NCBI GenBank assembly: GCA_964016885.1
Contig: OZ024741.1
Span: forward strand, 3,720,001-3,784,000
Length of the DNA stretch: 64,000 nt
Source: Eledone cirrhosa
Lineage: Eukaryota
Direction of reading: 5' to 3'
The notes below the pieces were generated by a model. It was given only the letters and a program-made list of their open reading frames with translations, made no database searches and was not told where the DNA came from. Made by a program: the position numbers and the translations under genes. Positions 11,630 through 23,600 of the stretch are shown here, one piece after another. How positions within the stretch are numbered: the stretch's first letter is position 1; each line of letters begins with the position of its first letter.

Positions 11630-12358
11630 GTGTATCCGAACAGCGATGTTGCATGGTAGTGAGACCTGGGCGCTGAAGGTGGAAGACTTACGTAGATTAG
11701 AGAGAAACGAAGCCTGCATGCTCCGATGGATGTGTAACAGTAATATACGTGAACGACAAAGCATAAAGGAATTGAGAGAGAGACTGAGCATAAGAGGAAT
11801 CAAATGCTGCGTGCAGGAGAGGCGGTTACGCTGGTATGGACATGTGATGCGTATGAAGGATGACAGCTGCATAAAAAGGTGCAGAGCACTAGAAGTTGAT
11901 GGAAACCACGGAGTGGGGAGACCCAAGATGATTTGGGATGAGGGGATAAAAGCCGACCTTACCCAACTACACCTCTCAAAGACAATGACACACGACCGTG
12001 ACTTCTGGCGTCACGCAGTAATACAGGGTACCCGACCTCCCATGGGTACATGCTGAAGCATATAAACAATATGCCCCCACTCCCCCCACCGTAAGGTGGT
12101 CGTGGAGGTGCCACGGCAAAAAAGCACCCAGCCCACACTGAAGTGGACGTGTAGGTGCCACGAAAAAGCACCCAGCACTCACTGTAAATGAGGTTGGTGT
12201 TAGGAAGGGCATCCAGCTGTAGAAATCAAGCCAGATCAGTTCCTGTATGAGCAAGGCATGGTCAGCCGACCAGACACTGCCCACAACAGGACAACCCGTC
12301 TAACCCATGCTAGCGTGGAGGAACGGACGTAAAACGGTGATGATGATGATGATGATGA
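11630..12358 (+). mobile_element. 5'-truncated RTE LINE (RT C-terminus plus 3' UTR), copy A
   Basis: CIRTAMLHGSETW...RRLRWYGHVMR...GRPK, (TGA)n tail. Confidence 0.92.
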
Positions 12359-14897
12359 TCACAGGTACCTTAATGTGGCCTTATTATATCACAGGTAACT
12401 TAATGTGGCCTTATATTACAGGTAACTTAATTTGCCTTATTATATCACAGGTAACTTAATGCCGCCTTATATTACAGGTAACTTAATGTGACCTTCTTAT
12501 CATCATCATCATCATCATAACTTAATGTGGCCTTATTATATCACAGGTAACTTAATGTGGCCTTATTATATCACAGGTAACTTAATGTGGCCTTTTTATA
12601 TCACAGGTAACTTAATGTGGCCTTATTATATCACAGGTAACTTAATGTGGCCTTATATTACAGGTAACTTAATGTGGCCTTGTTATATCACAGGTAACTT
12701 AATGTGGCCTTATATTACAGGTAACTTAATGTGGCCTTATATCACAGGTAACTTAATGTGGCCTTATTATATCACAGGTAACTTAATGTGGCCTTATATC
12801 ACAGGTAACTTAATGTGGCCTTATTATATCACAGGTAACTTAATGTGGCCTTATATCACAGGTAACTTAATGTGGCCTTATTATATCACAAGTAACTTAA
12901 TGTGGCCTTATATCACAGGTAACTTAATGTGGCCTTATTATATCACAGGTAACTTAATGTGGCCTTATATTACAGGTAACTTAATGTGGCCTTATTATAT
13001 CACAGGTAACTTAATGTGCCTTATATCACAGGTAACTTAATGTGGCCTTATATTACAGGTAACTTAATGTGGCCTTATTATATCACAGGTAACTTAATGT
13101 GGCCTTATATTACAGGTAACTTAATGTGGCCTTATATCACGGGTAACTTAATGTGGCCTTATATCACAGGTAACTTAATGTGGCCTTATTATATCACAGG
13201 TAACTTAATGTGGCCTTATATCACAGGTAACTTAATGTGGCCTTATATCACAGGTAACTTAATGTGGCCTTATTATATCACAGGTAACTTAATGTGGCCT
13301 TGTATCACAGGTAACTTAATGTGGCCTTATTATATCACAGGTAACTTAATGTGGCCTTATATTACAGGTAACTTAATGTGGCCTTATATCACGGGTAACT
13401 TAATGTGGCCTTATATCACAGGTAACTTAATGTGGCCTTATTATATCACAGGTAACTGAATGTGGCCTTATATCACAGGTAACTTAATGTGGCCTTATAT
13501 CACAGGTAACTTAATGTGGCCTTATTATATCACAGGTAACTTAATGTGGCCTTATTATATCAGGTGACTTAATGTGGCCTTATATTACAGGTAACTTAAT
13601 GTGGCCTTATTATATCACAGGTAACTTAATGTCGCCTTATATTACAGGTAACTTAATTTGGCCTTCTTATATCACAGGTAACTTAATGTGGCCTTATATT
13701 ACAGGTAACTTAATGTGGCCTTATTATATCACAGGTAACTTAATGTCGCCTTATATTACAGGTAACTTAATGTGGCCTTTTTATATCACAGGTAACTTAA
13801 TGTGGCCTTATTATATCACAGGTAACTTAATGTCGCCTTATATTACAGGTAACTTAATGTCGCCTTATTATATCAGAAGTAACTTAATGTGGCCTTATAT
13901 CACAGGTAACTTAATGTGGCCTTATTATATCACAGGTAACTTAATGTGGCCTTATATCACAAGTAACTTAATGTGGCCTTATTATATCAGAAGTAACTTA
14001 ATGTGGCCTTATTATATCAGAAGTAACTTAATGTGGCCTTATATCACAGGTAACTTAATGTGGCCTTATTATATCACAGGTAACTTAATGTGGCCTTATA
14101 TCACAGGTAACTTAATGTGGCCTTATATTACAGGTAACTTAATGTGGCCTTATTATATCACAGGTAACTTAATGTGGCCTTATATTACAGGTAACTTAAT
14201 GTGGCCTTATATCACGGGTAACTTAATGTGGCTTATATCACAGGTAACTTAATGTGGCCTTATTATATCACAGGTAACTTAATGTGGCCTTATTATATCA
14301 CAGGTAACTTAATGTGGCCTTATATCACAGGTAACTTAATGTCGCCTTATATTACAGGTAACTTAATGTGGTATTATTATATCAGAAGTAACTTAATGTG
14401 GCCTTATATCACAGGTAACTTAATGTGGCCTTATTATATCACAGGTAACTTAATGTGGCCTTATTATATCACAGGTAACTTAATGTGGCCTTATATTACA
14501 GGTAACTTAATGTGGCCTTATTATATCACAAGTAACTTAATGTGGCCTTATTATATCACAGGTAACTTAATGTGGCCTTATATTACAGGTAACTTAATGT
14601 GGCCTTATATCACGGGTAACTTAATGTGGCTTATATCACAGGTAACTTAATGTGGCCTTATTATATCACAGGTAACTTAATGTGGCCTTATTATATCACA
14701 GGTGACTTAATGTGGCCTTATCATATCACAGGTGACTTAATGTGGCCTTATATTACAGGTAACTTAATGTGGCCTTATTATATCACAGGTAACTTAATGT
14801 GGCCTTATATCACAGGTAACTTAATATGGCCTTATATTACAGGTAACTTAATGTGGCCTTACTATATCACAGGTAACTTAATGTGGCCTTATATCAC

Positions 14898-15625
14898 GTG
14901 TATCCGAACAGCGATGTTGCATGGTAGTGAGACCTGGGCGCTGAAGGTGGAAGACTTACGTAGATTAGAGAGAAACGAAGCCTGCATGCTCCGATGGATG
15001 TGTAACAGTAATATACGTGAACGACAAAGCATAAAGGAATTGAGAGAGAGACTGAGCATAAGAGGAATCAAATGCTGCGTGCAGGAGAGGCGGTTACGCT
15101 GGTATGGACATGTGATGCGTATGAAGGATGACAGCTGCATAAAAAGGTGCAGAGCACTAGAAGTTGATGGAAACCGCGGAGTGGGGAGACCCAAGATGAT
15201 TTGGGATGAGGTGATAAAAGCCGACCTTACCCAACTACACCTCTCAAAGACAATGACACACGACCGTGACTTCTGGCGTCACGCAGTAATACAGGGTACC
15301 CGACCTCCCATGGGTACATGCTGAAGCATATAAACAATATGCCCCCACTCCCCCCCACCGTAAGGTGGTCGTGGAGGTGCCACGGCAAAAAAGCACCCAG
15401 CCCACACTGAAGTGGACGTGTAAGCGCCACGAAAAAGCACCCAGCACTCACTGTAAATGAGGTTGGTGTTAGGAAGGGCATCCAGCTGTAGAAATCAAGC
15501 CAGATCAGTTCCTGTATGAGCAAGGCATGGTCAGCCGACCAGACACTGCCCACAACAGGACAACCCGCCTAACCCATGCTAGCGTGGAAGAACGGACGTA
15601 AAACGGTGATGATGATGATGATGAT
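14898..15625 (+). mobile_element. 5'-truncated RTE LINE, copy B (duplicate of copy A)
   Basis: Same 5' and 3' junctions and only a few substitutions relative to 11630-12358. Confidence 0.92.
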
Positions 15626-17287
15626 CACAGGTACCTTAATGTGGCCTTATTATATCACAGGTAACTTAATGTGGCCTTATATTACAGGTAACTTAATTTG
15701 CCTTATTATATCACAGGTAACTTAATGCCGCCTTATATTACAGGTAACTTAATGTGGCCTTATTATCATCATCATCATAACTTAATGTGGCCTTATTATA
15801 TCACAGGTAACTTAATGTGGCCTTATATCACAGGTAACTTAATGTGGCCTTATTATATCACAGGTAACTTAATGTCGCCTTATATTACAGGTAACTTAAT
15901 GTGGCCTTATTATATCACAGGTAACTTAATGTGGCCTTATTATATCACAGGTAACTTAATGTGGCCTTATATTACAGGTAACTTAATGTGGCCTTATTAT
16001 ATCACAGGTAACTTAATGTGGCCTTATTATATCACAGGTAACTTAATGCCGCCTTATATCACAAGTAACTTAATGCCGCCTTATATCACAGGTAACTTAA
16101 TGTGGCCTTATATCACAGGTAACTTAATGTGGCCTTATTATATCACAGGTAACTTAATGTCGCCTTATATTACAGGTAACTTAATGTGGCCTTATTATAT
16201 CACAGGTAACTTAATGTGGCCTTATATCACAGGTAACTTAATGTGGCCTTATATCACAGGTAACTTAATGTGGCCTTATTATATTACAGGTAACTTAATG
16301 TGGCCTTATTATATCACAGGTAACTTAATGTGGCCTTATTATATCACAGGTAACTTAATGTGGCCTTATATCACAGGTAACTTAATGTGGCCTTATTATA
16401 TCACAGGTAATTTAATGTGGCCTTATATTACAGGTAACTTAATGTGGCCTTATTATATCATAGGTAACTTAATGTGGCTTATATCACAGGTAACTTAATG
16501 TGGCCTTATATCACAGGTAACTTAATGTGCCTTATATCACAGGTAACTTAATGTGCCTTATATCACAGGTAACTTAATGTGGCCTTATTATATCACAGGT
16601 AACTTAATGCGGCCTTATATCACAGGTAACTTAATGTGGCCTTATATCACAGGTAACTTAATGTGGCCTTATATCACAGGTAACTTTTAATGTGCCTTAT
16701 ATCACAGGTAACTTAATGTGGCCTTATATCACAGGTAACTTAATGTGGCCTTATTATATCACAGGTAACTTAATGCGGCCTTATATCACAGGTAACTTAA
16801 TGTGGCCTTATATCACAGGTAACTTAATGTGGCCTTATATCACAGGTAACTTTTAATGTGCCTTATATCACAGGTAACTTAATGTGGCCTTATTATATCA
16901 CAGGTAACTTAATGTGCCTTATATCACAGGTAACTTAATGTGGCCTTATTATATCACAGGTAACTTAATGTGGCCTGATTATATCACAGGTAACTTAATG
17001 TGGCCTTATTATATCACAGGTAACTTAATGTGGCCTTATATCACAGGTAACTTAATGTGGCTTTATTATATCACAGGTAACTTAATGTGGCCTTTCAACA
17101 GGAAAAGGTTCCACATATCTGGTCTACACAATCAACAGGTAGATGAATAATACCAATAATTGATTTCTGAGGCACAAGGCCAGCAATATGAGGGAAGGGA
17201 AAAGTCAATTATATTGACCCCAGTACTTAACTGGTACTTTTTATTTTATTGACCCTGGAAGGTAATAAGACAACATATACTCTAGAG

Positions 17288-17616
17288 CAGCGTTTCTCAA
17301 CCTTTTTACCCTTGTGGAACCCTTGAAATATCTTCTTGTCTCAGGGAACCCCTACATAAAAATTATATACCATTATTAATATCTATCTCTTATATTGACC
17401 TAGTTTTAAATAATATAAAAGGTTGAAGCCTTTCTTAAAATAAACAACGATTTTCCGACAATATGCCGTAAATGCATAGTAAAATTACGAATATAAAATT
17501 AAATAAAAATTACTTTTAAGAAATACATTAGTTTATTTATCACTGGTTCTCACGGAACCCCTCGCGACCTCTTGCGGAATCCTAGGGTTCCGGGGAACAC
17601 CGGTTGGGAAACGCTG
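17288..17616. mobile_element. hAT (Charlie-like) MITE
   Basis: TIRs CAGCGTTTCTCAACC / GGTTGGGAAACGCTG; perfect 8-bp TSD CTCTAGAG. Confidence 0.92.
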
Positions 17617-17643
17617 CTCTAGAGAATCAATGCCTTCAAGAAT

Positions 17644-17958
17644 CAGGTGACTAACAAGGGAGCTAGGTACTGTACCCTCTTTACCAGGTGACTAACAAGG
17701 GAGCTAGGTACTGTACCCTCTTTACCAGGTGACTAACAAGGGACCTTGGTACTGTACCCTCGTTATCAGGTGACTAACAAGGAACCTTGGTACTGTACTC
17801 TCTTTATCAGGTGACTAACAAGGGACCTTGGTACTGTACCCTCTTTATCAGGTGACTAACAAGGGACCTTGGTACTGTACCCTCTTTATCAGGTGACTTA
17901 CAAGGGACCTTGGTACTGTACCCCCTTTACCAGGTAACTAACAAGGGACCTTGGTACA
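17644..17958. repeat. Tandem repeat, 41-bp unit, about 7.5 copies
   Basis: CAGGTGACTAACAAGGGACCTTGGTACTGTACCCTCTTTAT repeated. Confidence 0.92.
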
Positions 17959-18508
17959 AGCCTCTCCTTATCAAATAACTATCAATTTTTTTTTAATGAA
18001 TAAATTCAAAAGAAAAAGATTTTTTTGTGAACTCTTAACATTCTGAAATGATGTAGCAGAAAATATCAAAAAACAAGTTTGTTAATTGAAATGTTTGTAA
18101 TATCTTTTCTAGTGGACAGATCATTGTGAGAATTTGCTGGAGTAAAGATTTCACCTTTTTAATATGATGCAGTTATAGCGCTGTTTTGTGCATTTTAAGA
18201 ATGTCTTGCTAATCCAGTTTTATGTGAAACAGAACATTAACCCTTTAGTTACCAACCTGGCCAAAAACTGCCCTGATTCTATGAAATAAAGTCACCTATT
18301 TTTAAAGGTTTCCAATTTAAATTAAAATCTTCCAACATAATCTTATATAAGAACTTTACATTAAGTTACCACCCTAGAAATGAAATAATAATTTTAGTAA
18401 ATCCCTTAAAATTCTTAATTAATTATTTAATTGAAATAGTATATTTCATTAGAAATGTGATCATGACAGTGTCAAGTGTTAATAATCAAATATTTTGTTC
18501 ATAATTAC

Positions 18509-18652
18509 CTAATTAATGCTAATCCATAGAGATTTCTCAATTTGTGGTTTGACTCCCAGTCTGTTTGGCCAGAAGTAGCATCTTGTCGATGTTCAACACT
18601 AGCACGAATAAGGGCAGCAGTGTTTTCAATGGCAATTGGTAATTTGGGAACT
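18509..18652 (-). CDS. LAS1L: LAS1L exon 3 (R|VPKLPIAIENTAALIRA...KLRNLYGLALIR)
   Basis: Acceptor tatttcag, donor gtaatt, 144 nt, phase 2-2; Las1 motifs LPxAxxxTAxL and LRxLYGxALxR. Confidence 0.92.
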
Positions 18653-19113
18653 CTGAAATAAGTTGAAATGAAAGAGTGAAAAATATAAACAACAATAATC
18701 AAACAGGGAGTCTTTATTTTGGCGTTTGACCCCCTAAAAATAGCAGCCAAATCTCCTTCAAATAAAAGCCAACCACCTTTTTAAAAAAAGGACACATTTC
18801 TCCTTGTAACAAGGACATTACTGGCCTAATTAAGCAGTTCAGCCAATCCATTGAAATAATGATTGGTTGCAGGTTTAATTTACTAACAACTACATTTACC
18901 ATATATACTTGAATATAAACTGAGGAATGTGTAACCAAAAAATCGATGGGGAGGGGGTTACATTCAAGGTCAATATTTTGATGAGTTCCATCAACTTCAA
19001 ATTCTACGTAAATAAAGTTTGGATTTTTACCCATTTCTCAGACATAAAATAGTGGGTATATACGGTATATCCTATTATAGAATGTATGATATGACTGAGG
19101 TCCCTTTCATTAA

Positions 19114-19318
19114 CCCTTTAGTATTTAAACAGGTCATATCCAACCAGAATTCTCTCACCTCTTTCTTTTCAAACCAGTTGTAACTGGCCACTCATATTGA
19201 TGTTAATGTATTGTTCTCAAAATAAATACCAAAATCTCTTAGATTCAATATTATGTGAGATGAAACCTTTACTATGAAAATTCAATAGTAAATATAGAGT
19301 AATGTGAATGCTAAAGGG
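19114..19318 (+). mobile_element. TTAA-type (piggyBac) MITE, intact
   Basis: TTAA on both sides; TIRs CCCTTTAGTATT / AATGCTAAAGGG. Confidence 0.88.
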
Positions 19319-19395
19319 TTAAAACAGCCAATAAAGCTCCTGTAAGATATAACCTGATAGAAGGCCAGCAAACCCTACATATGTGTGAGCTGTAA

Positions 19396-19586
19396 CAACA
19401 ATAATTGTTTCTACTTTTTGGCACAAGGCCAGCAATTAACCAGTACATTACTGGTACTTTATTTTATCAACCCGGTAAGGATGAAAGGCAAAGTTAACCT
19501 CAACGGGATTTGAATCAGACTGTAAAGGGACGTAACTATGCTGGAAAACATGGCATCCGAACCTCTACCGATACTGCCAATTCACC
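19396..19586 (-). mobile_element. tRNA-derived SINE, family 2
   Basis: tRNA-like head, central CCTTTCATCCTTAC..GGGT.GATAAAATAAAGTACCAG, tail TAGAAACAA(TTA)n; other copies at 31965 and 49625. Confidence 0.8.
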
Positions 19587-19604
19587 AATGGAATGGTTTC
19601 TTAC

Positions 19605-19697
19605 CTAGACTTCCACACAGCAATTCTTCCAAGAGCATGTTTCTGTCTTTTAATGTCATTACTGAAGATTTCGTGGTAAACTTCCACAAACTCCTCT
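19605..19697 (-). CDS. LAS1L: LAS1L exon 2 (R|EEFVEVYHEIFSNDIKRQKHALGRIAVWKSR)
   Basis: Acceptor ccattccag, donor gtaag, 93 nt, phase 2-2; Las1 ALxxIxxWxxR motif. Confidence 0.92.
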
Positions 19698-20632
19698 CTG
19701 GAATGGGGAAAATAAAATTATATAACAACAACAATAAACAATATCGTTAAAATAACAAGAAATGTTATTGGTCACTGTGGCAGTCATCATCGTCATTTAG
19801 CATTCATTTTCTCTGCTAGCAAGAGGTGGGTATGTCGCCACAAACTAGATAGTACTCAAGCCTCTGACCCCCCCAGGTGAGCTGGGAACCTGACACGCAG
19901 GTGAGCCAAGGGACTGATACCCAGGTGAGCTGGGAACCTGACATGCAGGTAAGCCAGGGACCTGACATACAATCCTGCATTCTACCAAGTGCCTTTTATC
20001 ATAGCACCAACACATAGGAAGTTGTCCAAGGTACTGCTGAAGTCCCAATGACCCTATCTTTGGCAGGTTTTCTACAGCTGAATGCCCTTCCTATTACCAA
20101 ACACTTTGATGGTTGATTGTAATAATGGTGAGGACATTTCCTTTATTAACTAATGAGAAATGTAAGTGCTGTACCCACAACTCTTTCCAGGGTCCTTCAT
20201 CTTGATAGGAAGAAGGGAAAGGTATAAAATTATCCTCCGACTGTAGATTTGGCTCAAACTCTCACAACAGAGTGGAATCTAGACACCAAAAAGCCATGTG
20301 ATGGTGTTAAACTATGTGAAGATTAAGTCTAGCACTCAAAGAACAATCCCTCCAAGGAGCTTCCAGCTACCAAATTTAACTGACAGGCTCTGCTAGAAAT
20401 ACTTGTCCAAAAGCCCAAATCATGAAATTATAAAGGAACCTTTTTTGCCACATGAGACACTGCCATTAATGAGTGATGACCTGTGTTGACAGAACTTAAG
20501 TAGTGACATTTGTAACATAAGTTTGTATACCAAGAGGAGAAATGACTTGAGCTTGTCGAACAGATGATTCTTCAAAGAAACTATGTAATTAGTTTGCTAA
20601 AAATATTTTCATTACCAGAACACCACTCTAAC

Positions 20633-23600
20633 TGCTGTATGGACTGGGAATCGAACTCACAACCTCATTGTTGTATGGACTGTTAAATTCGTTTTGTTTG
20701 GTTTGCACGTGCTCACACATTTGCATATGGGTCACGTGACCTGGGCAGTCGGTCAGCGTTGGTGTTAAAAACTCGGTCACAGATTACTTACTTACTTTAT
20801 GTTATTCTGCTACTGCGAGGAGGGGCGTTTTGGTTGTTTCGCAAATTACACAAATTATTTTGATATAACTCGTGTTTTCTCTGCGAGTACCGAGAGGAAT
20901 ACAACAGAGTTTATTGGCGTCGCCGATAGGATTTACCTACATTGCCGGGAAATTGTTTATCATAAAAACATGGCGGAACAACAAACAGCGGAGCTAATAA
21001 AGTTGTTTAGAGAACAGATGGAACAACAGAGTTTATTGGCGTCGCAACAAATGCAACAACACAAAAAAGATATGGACACTCTGATAAAACTGTTTGGTGC
21101 TCGAGATTCTGAACAACAGAGTTTATTGGCGTCGCCAGTTGCTTCGACACCAACAGCATTCATCCCACCATTTGCTGCTTTTGATTCAACAACAGAACTA
21201 TGGCCTGATTACTGGTCAAGATTCTGCACGTTTGTGGCTGCTAACGCTGTACCCGAGCAACGCATGGCACAAGTGTTCCTGACTAATCAGACGGCTGCTA
21301 TCTACAAACAACTTGCAAATCCGGCTGCTCAACAAAATCAGCCTAAGAATATCAACAAGTTGACAATAGACAAAATTGTTGATTTCATGAAAGAACAGTT
21401 CGACCCAAAACTTTTCATTGTGAAAGAACGTTTCAAGTTCTGGAGTGACATGCAACGGAAGCCAGGCGAAACTCTCCAGGAGCTGGCAGCACGTATACGT
21501 CAGGATGCAGCTACCTGTGATTTTCCTTCGATCACAAATCTACAAGATGAAGCTCTAAGACAGAGATTTATATGTTCTGTTAATAATGAAGCTGTGTTGA
21601 AGGCTATTTTCAAGATCAAGGATACAGAACTAGATTTCGCCCGTGCTGTCCAAGTTGCCATCGTGACCGAAGATGCAGCAAAGGTTGCCAAGGAAACTGT
21701 TTACGGTTCCAAAACCAAGCAAGTCTACAAGGTCCAGCAGAACAAGAACAAGGGTCCTCGAAAGAACTATCAGCAGTCTTATTCCACAGACCAGGAGATG
21801 TGCTACCGATGTGGAAAGGCCCACAAAGCGACAGACTGCCCCTTCAAAGAAGCCAAATGTCATTTTTGTGACAAAAAGGGACATTTGCAAGCGGTGTGTA
21901 GAAAGAAACAACATCAGCAACGTAATCATCGCTCACAGAATTACGTGAAAAGAATCACGAAAGCTGAGCTAGTCAAGGTGATCCTTGGTGAAGTTCCCCA
22001 CGATACTCATAGTTTGAATGGGCCAATAACAATCCAAAACAGACTTTTCACAATGGAATTGGACACAGCTACTACAGGCAATTTTGTTTCCTTGTCAGTT
22101 TGGAAACAATTAGGAAAACCGAAGTTGCAAGATGTCAAACATCGGTTTGAATCTGCCAGCAAGCACGACCTGCCTGTTCTGGGAACTTTCATGGGCCAAA
22201 CCAAGGATCCAACGACCAGTAAACGGAATTCAATACCCTACATCGTCACCAAGATCCCTGATCTTAATTTGCTGGGACGAAACGCTATCCAGACTCTGGG
22301 AATTTCCGTGGACAATGCTCTAGGATTGAAAAGCATAGACAGCCAGGCCAAGAATGAGGGTGCAGAAGTGATGCATCCAAAGACCTCAAATGAGCCCTAT
22401 ATTTCCATGCAACGAGATTGTCACAACATGTGTGATGAATTCCCAGATCTCTTCAAGCAAGAATTGGGATGTCTTAATGACTTCGAACTGGAAGTGAAGT
22501 TCAAGTCGGACGCTACACCGGTCTTTCACAAGGCACGCCCGGTCCCGTTTGCTCTTCGTGATGACCTGGCCAAAGGTTACGAAGAAGGCATCGCCAAAGG
22601 AATCTGGAAGCCAGTACAGTTCAATGAATACGGAACGCCAGTGGTACCGATTCGTAAAGCACATACTTCAGGCAACCTGAAGCCCAAACTACGGATTTGT
22701 GGTGACTACTCTGTGGGAATTAATGACCAACTTGCAGATCATCGTCATCCAATGCCACTCCCAGAAGAACTGATGCAGAAGCTCGGAGGTGGATTTGGAT
22801 ACACAAAGATTGATCTTGCTGATGCCTATAATCAGATCAAGCTGGCTCCAGAAAGTCAACGCAGGCTTGCACTCAGCACTCACCGTGGGGTGCTCCTGCA
22901 GGAACAGGAACGACTCCCTTTCGGAATCAAGTCAGCACCTGGTTACTTTCAGGAGATCATGGAAAACCTGACTCAAGATCTACCTGGTGTGGCCGTCATC
23001 CAGGACGACATGCTCGTCAGTGGAAAAGATGCAAACGATCACCTGAACAACCTAAAGTGTCTGCTCACACGTCTGTGCGACAAAGGACTTAGATATCGCC
23101 GTGACAAGTGCCAGTTTGCACTACCCAGTGTGGAATACCTTGGACACACCTTGTCGGCTGAAGGGATCGCGAAAGGATCCAAGGTCGAAGCAGTTTTAAA
23201 GATGCCACCTCCAACAAACGTCTCAAGCTTGAAGTCTTTCCTGGGTTCAGTTCAGTTCTATGGAAAGTTTATCCCAAACCTGGCCAGCATGGCAGAGCCA
23301 CTCTATTGCCTTACGAAAAAAACGACTACTTGGAAGTGGGGAGATGAAGAACAGTCAGCTTTCGATCAGTTGAAAAATGTGATTTCATCGGATCGAGTTC
23401 TGATACACTTCGATCCAAACAAAACTTTGGGACTGGCTTGCGACGCGTTAAACGTTGGTATTGGAGCAGTCCTGTTTCATCGCTATCCTGATGGAAGCGA
23501 GCGCCCAATATCCAATGTGTCCAAGACTCTTACTTCTGCACAGCGAAACTACGGCCAAATTCAAAAGGAAGCCCTGGCCATCATATTTGGCTTGCAGAAG

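Larger units (their letters stand above)
10786..17093. repeat. Satellite with mixed 27/30-bp units (TAACTTAATGTGGCCTTAT[TAT]ATCACAGG), interrupted by two RTE fragments
   Basis: Well over 100 tandem units; source of the spurious ITGNLMWPY ORFs. Confidence 0.97.
6658..17121. mobile_element. hAT (Charlie-like) non-autonomous element expanded by nested insertions and a satellite
   Basis: TIRs TAGAGATGGGGAAC / GTTCCACATATCTG (11/14 match), 8-bp TSD CTCTACAC (6650-6657) / GTCTACAC (17122-17129), subterminal TGTGGCCT motifs at both ends. Confidence 0.65.

Noticed and set aside
10926-17150. Long ORFs of ITGNLMWPY repeats, two fused in frame to RT C-termini
   Set aside because: 27/30-bp satellite units are multiples of three and lack stops in one frame; the fusions are RTE insertions, with frameshifts scattered through the array.
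18714-19034. 106-aa minus-strand ORF next to LAS1L exon 3
   Set aside because: Lies in intron 2, has no recognisable motif and is not needed for the spliced frame.
20530-20585. AG...GT-bounded open stretch on the minus strand
   Set aside because: Exons 1 and 2 already join without a gap in the Las1 pattern; no similarity.
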